64,000 nucleotides of DNA from an uncultured Candidatus Rokubacteria bacterium (GTDB taxonomy: Bacteria > Methylomirabilota > Methylomirabilia > Rokubacteriales > DASRDR01): assembly GCA_963708025.1 (NCBI GenBank), contig CAVPSB010000013.1:480001-544000 (forward strand), written 5' to 3'. The notes below the pieces were generated by a model. The model was given only the letters and a program-made list of their open reading frames with translations. It did not search any database and was not told where the DNA came from. Below, piece after piece: positions 37,574 to 48,699 of the stretch. Positions within the stretch are counted from its first letter, which is position 1, and each line of letters starts with the position of its first letter. The position numbers and the translations under genes were made by a program.

Positions 37574-39529
37574 CTAGCCGGCGTGGCCGCCGGCGCCGTC
37601 GTGACCGCACGCCGCGTGGCCGGCCGGCCGCGGCACGTCGAGCGCCGGGTTGCGGTCGAAGAAGCCGACCGGCTTGAGCATGAAGCCGATGTAGGTGACC
37701 GGCATCACCGGCCAGTCCTCCGGCCGGACGACGTGGTGGGCGCCGAACGTGTACCAGACCACCACGTCGGTGTTCTCGAGCGGCGCGTCGTCCCGCACGT
37801 AGCTGGGCAGCCCGGCCCCGCCCGGGTGCTGGTTCGGGTAGTCGCCGCCGGCGTACCGCTCGCGCGGGTCGTACCGGGTCACCCAGAGGTGCCGGGTCAT
37901 GAAGGCGGCCCGCCGGGTCACCGGACGCCTCGGGCCCGGCGAAGGGCCGCACGTTCTCGCCCGGCACCAGCTTGTACCCGACCGGCGTCGCCCAGGCGGT
38001 TCCGGACGGACGGGTTGACGATCTTCCAGAAGCGGCCGCGCGAGCGGGTCGACCAGCCGCTGGGCCTCGGACTCGGAGCGGAGCAGGGTGGCCTCGGTGT
38101 GGAAGGCGTTGGCGTGCGGGTTCTCGGGGCCCGGGGCGTCGGCCACCGTGTTCACCTCGTAGACGGAGTTGTGGGGGCCGTCGACCGTCATGTCGAGCCG
38201 CACGTTGAAGAAGTGCTGGTGGATGGGAGCGTACACCCCGGGCGCCACCAGCTCGCCCCAGCGGCGGCGTCTCGCCGGGCCCCACCGCCCCGTTGGAGAC
38301 GATGCCGGTCAGCTTCACCTCGAGCTGGATCGTCCCGTCCAGGTAGAAGTACCAGTAGAAGCCGTACTCGTAGTTGCCCACGGTGGCGATGAACGACACC
38401 ACGAGCCGGCGCGAGCGCCGGACCTCGGTGTACCCCGTCCGCCAGTCGAAGTGCTTCCAGAGGATGCCGTAGTCCTCCTCGTGCACGCAGATGGCGTTGG
38501 CCAGCGTCACCGCCCCGCCCCGGCTGTCGTTGACGACGGCGTCCAGGTACCGGATCTCGCCGAGGCAGTCGCAGCCGTTCTCGAGGGAGTTGGCCAGGTA
38601 CCCGATGCCGTACTCGCCCACGTCGAACGCGTTGCGGTGGAAGTAGGTGGGCCGCGGGTCGCCGTACGGGACCACCATGTCGACGACCGAGGCCCGGTGG
38701 AGGATCGGCCGCTCGCGCTCCTGGTCGCGGTAGCTCACCGTGTGGAGCACCAGGCCCTCGCGCGGCGTGAACCCGAGACGCATGCGCCACCTCTGCCAGG
38801 GCAGCTCGTGGCCCGTCCAGCTCGAAGCTCGGCCCCTCCGGCTGGCGGATCTCGATCGGCTTGAGGCCCGGTGCGGGTCCCGGCGACCTCCGGCGAGTAG
38901 TTGGCGTCCTCGGGCGGCAGCGGGACGACGCCGTAGTCCTCGACCCGCGAGCACCTTCATCTCGTTCAGGTCGACGAGCGCGATCACGTTGGCCACGGGT
39001 CGGGCGTAGCCGTTGTCGGTCGGGCTCCGCTTGATCCAGGTCAGCGTCCGGGAGAGCCGCCGGCCCTCCTCGTCCGCGAGGCCGAAGTTCCCCGCCGACC
39101 ACGGGTCGATCATGGTCAGGTCGAAGTCGGTCACCCCTCGCTTGCGCATGGCCGCCTGCCAGCGCGGATCGGCGCGCACCGCCGCCTCGCACTCGAAGAA
39201 CTCGTCGAGGACGATGGCCGGCTGGACGCCGGGCACGTGCTCCCAGGAGAGCACCCGGTCCCCGGTCAGGGAGACGACCGCCTCGTAGGTCCTGGCCGCC
39301 GCGCTGTCGATGAGCACGACGAAGGCGGCCCGCTCCACCGGCCTCGCCGGGCCGGTGGCGCCCCACGAGCCTCCTTGGGCGGCTCGTGCAGGGTGATGGA
39401 GACGACCCGGATCCGCCCGCTCAACGTCTGCCGGGTGCGGAGGATCTCCCACGCGCGGTTGATCTCGTCGGCGGTGAGGGGCTCCAGCGGATGGGTGGCG
39501 CGCGTGGCCTCGGCCGTGGGGGACGTCAT
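37574..39529 (-). CDS. tynA: Copper-containing primary amine oxidase, multiple frameshifts
   Basis: HPLEPLTADEI, NAFDVGEYG, GCDCLG, TVGNYEY (TPQ consensus), HQH, HHVVRPEDWPVMP, GFFDRNP. Confidence 0.93.
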
Positions 39530-40182
39530 GGCTCGGCTCTCCTTGCTGTCACCGCGACCTCGGGGGCGCGGCCCGGACGCTCGGCCGGTTCGACCCGCGT
39601 CGAGCGGGAAGACGCCCGCCGGAGGAGCTCGCGCCAGAGGGTGGCGGGGTCGGCGCGAAAGATCGTGTCGGCGTCGGGCTCGAGGACGTACCAGTCGTCG
39701 CGGGCGATCTCCGCCTCGAGCTGCCCCGGCGCCCAGCCCGCGTAGCCGGCGTACACCCGCAGCTCGCGGGGGGCGTCGGACCGCCGGAGCAGTCCGTCCA
39801 GGAAGACCCCATCGAGGCTCAGGTAGACGTCCGCCAGCACCCGCAGCGCGGCCTCGGGCCGCTCCCTCGATCGGAACACGGCGACCAGGCGCCGCGGCGA
39901 GACGGGGCCCCCGGCGAACAGCCGGTCCGTCCGGCCCCGGAGCGCCTCGTGCTCCGGAAGGAGCTGGCTCGCCGGCACCCGCGTGGGCCGGTTCAGGATG
40001 ACGCCGACCGACCCCGCCACCGGGGTGTCGGGTGACCAGCACCACCGTCTCCCGGAAGTTCGGGTCGCCGAGCACCGGCTTGGCGACGAGCACGACGCCG
40101 TTGGGCGCGTCCTGCGCGGCGGCGGCGGTCGCCGCAGATCAGCCAGAGCCCGGCGGCGAGGAGTCCCGTCCTTGCTTGACAT
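39526..40182 (-). CDS. YqgE/AlgH (DUF179) family protein with signal-like N-terminus, frameshifted
   Basis: LVAKPVLGDPNFRETVVL, GVILNRP, GGPV, YAGYAGWAPGQLEAEI. Confidence 0.85.
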   Translation of the reverse strand: MSSKDGTPRRRALADLRRPPPPRRTRPTASCSSPSRCSATRTSGRRWCWSPDTPVAGSVGVILNRPTRVPASQLLPEHEALRGRTDRLFAGGPVSPRRLVAVFRSRERPEAALRVLADVYLSLDGVFLDGLLRRSDAPRELRVYAGYAGWAPGQLEAEIARDDWYVLEPDADTIFRADPATLWRELLRRASSRSTRVEPAERPGRAPEVAVTARRAEP

Positions 40183-40189
40183 TCCGCAG

Positions 40190-40534
40190 CTAGTGTACGC
40201 CAACGCGCGGCGCCGTTCCCTCCGCCGGCGCGAAGAAGACCAGGGCCGTCAGGTCGTCCGTGATGCTGTGGAAGCGGTGCCGGACGCCGGCGGCGACGAA
40301 CAGGATCGAGCCGGCCTCCGCCACCCGGTCCTCGGTCCCGACGCGCAGCATCGCCCGCCCGGCCAGCACGTAGTAGACCTCGTCCTCCGTGTGGGGGCCC
40401 TGGGGGTCCTCCGCCCCCGCCGGCAGCGCGTAGATGCCCATGCTGAGCGCCGGGACCCGCAGGAACTCCAGCCACGACTTCCCCGACTGGCGGCGTTGCT
40501 CGAGCAGCTGGGACAGCGTGAACGTCTCCGGCAC
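40190..40534 (-). CDS. Cupin domain protein
   Basis: DPQGPHTEDEVYYVLAG, FVAAGVRHRFH. Confidence 0.9.
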   Translation of the reverse strand: MPETFTLSQLLEQRRQSGKSWLEFLRVPALSMGIYALPAGAEDPQGPHTEDEVYYVLAGRAMLRVGTEDRVAEAGSILFVAAGVRHRFHSITDDLTALVFFAPAEGTAPRVGVH

Positions 40535-40789
40535 CTTCTCCCTCCTCTCCTCCCGGTGCCTGGTCCGCCCCGGGTCAGGATGAGCTCGTCCGAGGCGCAG
40601 GCCCCGGTCGGCGGGTCCAGCCCTTGGCGAGTGACCCGGTGCCTATCCGGGGGGGATGGTCAGCGCCCGGAGGCCGAAATGGCGGGCGCCAGCCGACATG
40701 TGATGGTCATTGGTGTAATCGCCCTTCGACTCGTGGTGGGGCGTGATGCCAGAGTGTCGTGCCGCCACCGGGACGATTCGCTCCTCTGC

Positions 40790-40870
40790 TCATCGGAGTA
40801 GCTCCGCTTCGGCTTGCTCAGGCCAGAACCGCATGTCCATCTCGCGGTACAGGTGCTCCCGCGCCTGCCG
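40790..40870 (-). pseudogene. Orphan C-terminal remnant of a cyclase-STAND-TPR gene
   Basis: RQAREHL-YREMDMRFWPEQAEAELLR* versus EQAQEHLTTATTMYREMDMRFWLEQ at the end of 41709-45074. Confidence 0.78.
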
Positions 40871-41060
40871 AGCCGAGACCGTCAACGCCGGCAGCCGGGA
40901 ATGTGCCGGTGGCCGGAAAAAGCCGGCAACCGGGACACGAGTAGGCCGGCCCGGAGGCCGGGGCGTTGCCGATGTCCTGGGGGCGGTAACCCGCGAGCGC
41001 AGTGGACTTCGGCTGCGGCCTTGCCCTCTCTTCCCCGCCCAGGTTGTCCCCTGTCCGAGC

Positions 41061-41109
41061 TTGACGGGTCGTGGGGCCCAGAGGTAGAGTCTGGTCACAA
41101 TCGTGACCA
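41061..41109 (+). promoter_or_regulatory. Sigma70-type promoter and palindromic operator of the TA operon
   Basis: TTGACG (41061-41066), 18-nt spacer, TAGAGT (41085-41090), then TGGTCAC-AATC-GTGACCA (41092-41109). Confidence 0.7.
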
Positions 41110-41128
41110 TTCCTGCCTGGAGGGGCCG

Positions 41129-41392
41129 ATGAAGACGCTGCCGCTCGCCCACGTGAAGGCGAATCTCAGCCGCCTCGTGGACCAGGTCGTGGAAACGGAT
41201 GAGGAGATCGTGATCACCCGCAACGGCCGCCCGGCAGCCATTCTCGTGAGCCCCGACGAGTACGAGGGATGGAAGGAGACGCAGGCGATCCGATCGGACC
41301 GGGAGCTCGTGGCCGAAATCCGGCGTGGCCTGCGGATGCTCAAGCGCGGCGCCAAGATCTACACGCTGGAGGAGCTCCTGCCCGAGGACTGA
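41129..41392 (+). CDS. Phd/YefM family antitoxin
   Basis: KANLSRLVDQV..EEIVITRNGRPAAILVSPDEYE. Confidence 0.93.
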   Translation: MKTLPLAHVKANLSRLVDQVVETDEEIVITRNGRPAAILVSPDEYEGWKETQAIRSDRELVAEIRRGLRMLKRGAKIYTLEELLPED

Positions 41393-41411
41393 TGCGGGTG
41401 GCGCGGGCACC

Positions 41412-41693
41412 ATGGAGCCCTACCGCCTCCGGGTGCCAGGACGGATCGAGGAACTTGTCCGGACCCTTCATCCCGAGCTCAAGCGCAAAGTGCGGGCAGG
41501 CCTCGACCTCATTCGCACCGACCCGGAGGTCGGCAAGGAGCTACGCGATGAGCTGGCGGGACTGCGGAGCCTCCGGGTCGGACGGTTCCGAATCGTCTAC
41601 CGGGTCGCGCCGAGACGGCTGATCGATCTCGTCGCCATCGGCCCGCGCCGGACCATCTACCAGGAGACGCTTCGACTACTCCGGCGAGCGTGA
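41412..41693 (+). CDS. RelE/ParE family toxin
   Basis: GKELRDELAGLRSLRVGRFRIVY..LVAIGPRRTIY. Confidence 0.92.
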   Translation: MEPYRLRVPGRIEELVRTLHPELKRKVRAGLDLIRTDPEVGKELRDELAGLRSLRVGRFRIVYRVAPRRLIDLVAIGPRRTIYQETLRLLRRA

Positions 41694-41708
41694 AGGTGGG
41701 CCCCGCGG

Positions 41709-44700
41709 TCATGACGCCCCTCAGCTCCCTCTCGACCTGCTCCAGCCAGAAGCGCATGTCCATCTCGCGGTACATCGTCGTCGCGGTGGTGAGGTGCTCC
41801 TGCGCCTGCTCGCCGCTTGCCCGTGCGCCGGTAGAGCTTGCCGAGGCCGAGGTGGCAGTGGGCGACGAGCGGGCGCATGCCGAGCTCGCCGGCGAGGGCC
41901 AGCGCCTCGCGGTAGTAACCTTCAGCGTCCTCGGCGCCGCCGGTCGACGCGACGTCACCGGCGAGGCAGAGGGCGTGGGCCTCGCTTCCCCGAGCCCCCA
42001 GCCGGCGGGTGAGCGCCAGCGCCTCTCGGGCGTGGCTGGCGGCCTCGTCGATCCGCCCGGCCGAGAGGTAGGTCATCCCCGCGCACAGAAGAATGAGCGC
42101 CGGCCAGGTGTGAATCTGGCGACCGCGGAACTCCTCGACGGCGCCCGCGACCAGCGGGAGCGCCTCGTCAGCCCGGCCGGCGAGGGCGTAGGCGGCGCCG
42201 AGGGTCGCGGCGACGAGCGGTGTCCCGACGACGAACTGCCACGTTCGGCAGAGGTCGAGGCCCCGCTCGAGGACCCGGGTCGCGCGCGGGAGATCCCCGC
42301 GACGGAGGTGGGCGAGGCCGAGATCGAGCAACCCGACGTACAGCGTGAAGGGATGATCGGCCGCTTCAGCGATCCGCACGGCGGCCTCGGCGTGCCCGAT
42401 GGCCTCGTCGAACCGGCCGAGCTGGGAGAGCACGTCGGCGAGGCGGGCCCCCGAGAGCGCCGACTGGATGGCGGGCGCCCCGAAGCGCTCGTAGCGCAGG
42501 TCGCCCTCGAGCGCGACGTTTCGCTCGAGGAAGGTGGCCGCGTCGCTGAACTCGCCCCGGGCGACGTGCGTCATGCCCAGAAAGGACGTGGCGACCACCT
42601 CGATCGAGCGATCGCCGAGGGTTCGCGCGATGCTCAGGGCCTCCTGCCCGAATCTGACGGCCTCGTCGTAGTCGCCAGTGACCAGGCACTGGATCACCAT
42701 GAAGGTGGCGATCCGCGCGAGCCGGTGCTGGTCGCCGAGCGTCCTGGCGAGCCCCTCCGCCTCGTGGAGGTGCTCCCCCATGCGCGCCCGATCGCCGAGC
42801 GGGAGGAGCGCGTTCCGGAGGTCGATGTGGAGGTCGATGGTCAGCTCGGTCGTCTCCCGGGTCTCGGGGAGACGGCGGAGGGCCCCGAGCGCCTGCTCCA
42901 GGTGGGCGATGGCCTCGCGGTTGGCCGCCCGCGCCATGGCCCGGAGCCCCGCCTGGCGGAGATAGGCGACCGCCTTCTCCCACAGCTCCCCGCGCAGGGC
43001 GTGGTGGGCCAGCCGCTCGGCCTGCTCGGCGACGCGCTCGGTCGAGAGCCGCTCGATGGCCTCGGTGATGCGGGCGTGCAGGGCGCGCCGCCGGTCGTGG
43101 AGCAGGCCCTGGTACGCCACCTCGTGCGTGAGCGCGTGCTTGAACGTGTACTCGAGGTCCGGAAAGAGCCGGGTCTCGTAGAGGAACTCCGCGGCCTGGA
43201 GGTGCGTGAGCTCGGCGCGCACCTCGTGCTCCGGCGCGTCGGCGATGGCCAGGAGCAGCGGCATGGGCACGTCCTTGCCGATGACGGCGGCGGCCTGGAG
43301 CAGTCGCTTGGCCTCGGGCGCCAGGCGGTCGATGCGCGCGGCCAGGATGGCCTGCACGGTGGCGGGGATCGTCAGGGGCTCGACGGGCCGGGTGAGCCGG
43401 TAGGCGCCGCGCTCGCCGGCCAGGGCCGCCGTCTCCACCAGGGCCCGCACACTCTCCTCGAGGAAGAGGGGATTCGCCTCCGTCCGCTCGACCAGGAGCT
43501 GCTTGAGCGGGCCGAGGGCCGCGTCAGGGCCGAGGAGCGCCTCGAGCAGCTCGTCCGCGCTCTCGGGCGGCAGGGGATCGATCCGGAGCTGGCGGTAGTA
43601 GGTCTTGCCGCCCCAGGCGTGCTGGTACTCGGGGCGGTAGTTGACGAGGAGCAGGAGGCGCGCCGCGGGCAGGCTCTCGACGAGGCTGTCGAGCAAGGCT
43701 CTGGGTCTCGCCGTCGATCCAGTGCAGGTCCTCGAAGACCACCACCAGCGGCTGGACCTCGCTCTCGCGCAGCAGCAGGCGCTTGACCGCGTCGAGCGTC
43801 TGCTGGCGCCGCTGGAGCGGATCGAGGGCGTGCCAGGACGCCTCGTCCACCGGCACGTCGAGCAGCGCCAGGAGGGCGGGCACGGCGGGCGCGAGCGCCG
43901 GGGCGAGCGTCAGGACCTTCCCCGTGACCTTCTCCCGGATCTTCCGCGGGTCGTCGCGGCTCTCGATCGCGAAGTAGCCGCGGAGCAGCTCGATCACGGG
44001 CAGGTAGGCGGTGGCCTTGCCGTAGGAGACCGAGGCGGACTGCACGATGAGCCAGCCGTGCACGCGGTGGGAGTGGGTGAGCTCCCAGAAGAGACGCGAC
44101 TTGCCCACGCCCGGCTCCCCGACCACGGCGACCACCTGGCCGTGCCCCAGGCTCGCCCGGTCGAGGGCGTCGCGGAGCTGCTCCAGCTCCGCGGTCCGGC
44201 CGACGAAGCGCGTGAGCCCCCGCCGCGCCGCGGCCTCGAGGCGGGTGCGGGCGGCGCCGGCCCCCACCAGCTCGAACACCTCGACCGGCTCGCCGAGCCC
44301 CTTGATCGGCACCGGGCCGAGCGGGGTGACCTGGACGAAGCCCTCGGCCAGGTGCAGCGTCTCGGCGGTGAGCCGGATGCTGCCGGGCGCCGCGAGCTGC
44401 TCCATGCGGGCCGCCAGGTGCGTGGTCTGGCCCACGGCGGTGTAGTCCATGCGGAGATCGCTGCCGATCGAGCGCACCACGACGTCGCCGGAGTTGAGGC
44501 CGACGCGGATCTGCACCTCCACGCCCTGCGCGCGGCGCAGCTCGTCCGAGTAGCGCCGCACGACCTCCTGCATCCGGAGCGCGGCGTAGCACGCGCGCAC
44601 GGCGTGATCCTCGTGGGCGAGCGGCGCGCCGAAGAGCGCCATGATCCCGTCGCCCATCACCTGGTTCACGGTGCCCTCGTAGCGATGGACGGCCTCCATC

Positions 44701-45074
44701 ATCCGCTCGAGCACCGGGTCGAGGAGCTTCCGCGCCTCCTCGGGGTCCCGGTCGGCGAGCAGCTCCATCGAGCCCTTGAGGTCGGCGAAGAGGACGGTCA
44801 CCTGCTTCCGCTCGCCCTCGAGGGCGGCCTTGGAGGTGAGGATCTTCTCGGCGAGGTGCTTGGGGGTGTACGACCCCGGTGAGGCGAAGGCGGGAGAATC
44901 TTGAAGGGCCGGTGCAGGAGCCTCGACCACGCGCGCGCCGCACTTGCCGCAGAAGGCGAACCCCTCGGGGTTGACGAAGCCGCACGAGGGACACAGGGAG
45001 GCCAGCCTGGCTCCGCAGCGCCCGCAGAACGCCATCGCGGGAGGATTCTCGAAGGCGCACTGCGGACAGGTCAC
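41709..45074 (-). CDS. Double zinc ribbon + class III nucleotide cyclase + AAA/STAND ATPase + TPR protein (copy 2), frameshifts near 43695 and 41815; 3' end approximate
   Basis: Four CxxC; VTVLFADLKGS, MGDGIMALFG, GEPGVGKS, FEDLHWID, FKHALTHEVAY, helical repeats. Confidence 0.92.
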
Positions 45075-48000
45075 GCGCCGAGCTCCATCGACTCCGCCTC
45101 CGGCCTGCTCCAGCCAGAAGCCCATGCCCATCTCGCGGTACATCGCCGCCGCGGTGGTGAGGTGCTCGTGGGCCTGCTCGCGCTTGCCCGTGCGCCGGGA
45201 GAGCCTGCCGAGGCCGAGGTGGCAGTGGGCGACGAGCGGGCGCATGCCGCGCGGCTCGGCGAGGGCCAGCGCCTCGCGGTAGTGGGCCTCGCCGCTCTCG
45301 GCGTCGAACCGGTCGGGATGGGTCGCGATGTCGCCGAGCAGGTGCCGGACGTGGGGCGCGAACCCGGGCTGATGCGGAGAGGATTCGAGCGCGCGGTCGG
45401 CCAGGCGCCGCGCCTCGTCGAGCCGGCCGAGCAGCAGACAGGTGCGTCCCAGCAAGTGGTACGCCCAGGCGCGATGGCCGACGATGCCCCTCGCCGCATG
45501 CTCGCTCGCAGGAGCTGCTCGCCTTCCCGGAGCCGGTTCAGCGCCTCGCTCGACTCGCCGAGCTGGGCCAGGACCCAGGCCGAGGACGTGACCGCCCAGG
45601 GAAGATGGACGCCGACGTTCCCCGTCTCGGCCACGGCGATCCACTGCTCGACCAGCGCAGCGCGCCCTCGCCCAGTCGCCCTCGACGAGATGGCGCGTGC
45701 TCGCGGCGAAGTAGGCCAGGCTGATGCTGAACGGCATGGTGCGTCGGCTCGGCGAGACGGATCGCCTCGGCTTCGTGCGGGGCCGCCTCGGCGAATCGGC
45801 CGAGCTGGGCGAGGCTCACGACCAGCCAGACGCGATCGAGGATCGAGATCGGAGCGCTGCTCCCCAGGGACTCGTAGACCCGGTCGGCGGACAGGGCCGC
45901 GATGTTGTCGCTGGCCAGCTCGACCACCCGCTCGAACTCGCCCCGGTAGTAGTGCACCTGGGTCAGGAAGCTCAAGCTCAGGAGGCGGAGTCGCGGGTCC
46001 CCGAGGCGCCCGGCGATCGCCAGGGCGCGGGTGCCGGCCGCCAGCCCCTCGTCCAGCTCGCCGAGCAGCGAGTGGACGACGGCCAAGAACACGCAGACCT
46101 GACCGCGGCGGCGCTCGTCGTTCAGCTTCTCGGCGAGCGTCTCGGCCTCCCGCAGGCGCTCCAGCATCTGCTCGGCCTTCCCCGAGCTGGAGCAGCACCG
46201 GCCGCAGATCGAGTCGGATCTCGAAGGCCTGCTCCAGGGTGGACTGACTCTCCGGCAGCGCCGCCACGACCTCCAGCGCCTGCTCGAACCAGCCCCGGGC
46301 GTCCGGGAGCGCCGACCGCGCGGCCGCCTTCAGGCCGGCCTGCCGCAGGTAGTCCACCGCCTTCTCCCGGAGCTCGCCCCGGACCGCGTGATGGGCGAGC
46401 CGCTCGGTGTGCTCGCCGAGCCGGTCCCGGTGGAGCGTCTCGATCGCCGCGACGATCCGCGCGTGGAGCTCCCGCCGGCGCTCCTGCAGCAGCCCGCCGT
46501 AGGTGACCTCGTGCGTGAGCGCGTGCTTGAACGAGTACTCGAGATCCGGATAGAGCCCGGTCTCGTAGACGAACTCGGCCGCCTGCAGCCGGTCGAGCCC
46601 GCCGCGGAGCGCCTCGTCGGGCAGCTCGGCGATCGCCTGGAGCAGTGTCAGCGGCACGTCCTTGCCGACGACCGAGGCGACCTGCAGGAGGCGCTTGTCC
46701 TCCGGGGCAAGCCGGTCGATGCGGGCCGCCAGGATCGTCTGGACGGTGGGGGGAACCTGGATCGCCTGGACCGGTTGCGTCAGCCGATACCGGCCTCGCT
46801 CCCCCACCAGCGCCTTCGTCTCCACCAGCGTCCGGACCGTCTCCTCCAGGAAGAACGGGTTCCCGCGCCTGACGAGGCGCTGCTTGAGCGGCGCCAGCCC
46901 GGGATCGTCGCCGAGGAGCGCCTCCAGCAGCTCGGCGGCGGTCTCGGCCGGGAGCGCGTCCAGCCGCAGCTGGCTGTAGTAGCGTCTTGCCACCCCAGCC
47001 GTGCTGGTACTCGGGACGGTAGTTCACGAGCAGCAGCAGACGCGCCGAGCCCAGGCTATCGACCAGGCCATCGAGTAACGCCTGCGTCTCGCTGTCGATC
47101 CAGTGGAGGTCCTCGAAGATCAGGAGGAGGGCTTGCTCGCGCGCTTCCCGCAGCAGCAGTCGCTGCACGGCGTCGAGCGTGCGCTGGCGTCGCTGCGTCG
47201 GGTCGAGCGTCCGCCACGCGGCGTCGTCCACGGGCACGTCGAGCAGGGCCAGCAACGCCGGCAGCGTCGGCTCCAGCGCGCGGTCGAGCGTGAGCAGCTT
47301 GCCCGTCACCTTCTCGCGGATCTCCCGGAGGTCGTCGCGGTCCTGGATCTTGAAGTAGCCCTTGAGGAGGTCGATGACCGGCAAGTAGCTCGTCGCCTTG
47401 CCGTACGAGACCGACGCACTCTCGAGGACCAGCCAGCCCTGCAGGCGATGCGAGTGGGTGAACTCGTAGACGAGGCGCGACTTGCCCACGCCCGCCTCGC
47501 CCACGACCGCCGCCACCTGACCGCGCCCGGTGCCGGCGAGCTCGCTGCGCGCGGCGGAGCTGCTCCAGCTCGACGTCGCGGCCGACGAACCGCGTCAAGC
47601 CCCGCCGGGCGGCCGCCTGCAGGCGGGTCCGCGCCGGGCCCGCCCCCGTCACCTCGAAGACCTCCACGGGATCGGCCAGTCCCTTCACCGGCACCGGGCC
47701 GAGCGGCTTCACCGCGACGTAGCCTTCCACCAGCTCCAGCGTCGCTGCCGTCGAGGAGAATGCTGCCCGGGCTCGCGAGCTGCTCCAGCCGCGCCGCCAG
47801 GTGCGTCGTCTGGCCCACGGCCGTGTAGTCCATGTGCAGATCGCTGCCGATGGCGCGCACGACGACCTCGCCCGAGTTGAGCCCGACCCGGATCTGGACG
47901 TTCACGCCGTGCGCGCGGCGCGCCTCCTCCGCGTAGCGCGCCACCAGCTCCTGCATCCGGAGCGCCGCGTAGCACGCCCGCACCGCGTGGTCCTCGTGCG

Positions 48001-48451
48001 CGACGGGCGCGCCGAAGAGCGCCATGATCCCGTCGCCCATCACCTGGTTGACGGTGCCCTCGTAGCGGTGGACCGCCTCCATCATCCGCTCGAGCACCGG
48101 GTCGAGCAGCTTGCGCGCCTCCTCGGGGTCCCGGTCGGCCAGCAGCTCCATCGAGCCCTTGAGGTCCGCGAACAGCACCGTGACCTGCTTGCGCTCCCCT
48201 TCGAGGGCGCTCCGGGAGGTGAGGATCTTCTGGGCCAGGTGCTGGGGGGTGTACGTCTGCGGCGAGACGAAGCGAGTCCGACCGGGAGTTGGCTCGACTC
48301 CGGTAACGGGATGCGCGCACTCCACGCAGAACTTGGCCGCTGGTGGAAGGACGGCCCCACAGCCCGGGCAGTTACGCGCGAGAGGCGCCGCGCACTCCAG
48401 ACAGAACTTCGCCTGGGGAGGATTGTCCGTCTGGCACCGGGAACACAGCAT
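45071..48451 (-). CDS. Double zinc ribbon + class III nucleotide cyclase + AAA/STAND ATPase + TPR protein (copy 1), multiple frameshifts
   Basis: MLCSRC..FCLEC..CPGC..FCVEC; VTVLFADLKGS; GEAGVGKS; FEDLHWID; ends MYREMGMGFWLEQ; stop overlaps the start of copy 2. Confidence 0.92.
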
Positions 48452-48699
48452 GCCGGCCGCCTCCAGTGCGCCAAGGCTAGTCCCGGGGGAAGGAGGCGTC
48501 AAGCACGGCGCGGGGTCGCGGCGTGGGGTCGTGCGCGATCGAGCGCCCTGGCCCGGCGCCGCTCTTGTCTTGCCTGCGGGTCTGTGCTGAGATGTGGCCC
48601 TGCGGCCGGACGCCGCGGCGACGGCATCGATCGCCGGGAAGCGCCGGCCCTGGACAACTCGAGCGATTCCGACCAGAACCCGGCGGTCAGCGTCTTCGG

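Noticed and set aside
41509-41708. C-terminal extension of STAND copy 2 running antisense through the RelE gene
   Set aside because: Similarity to the paralogue ends near 41715; the extension probably reflects an indel or lost stop.
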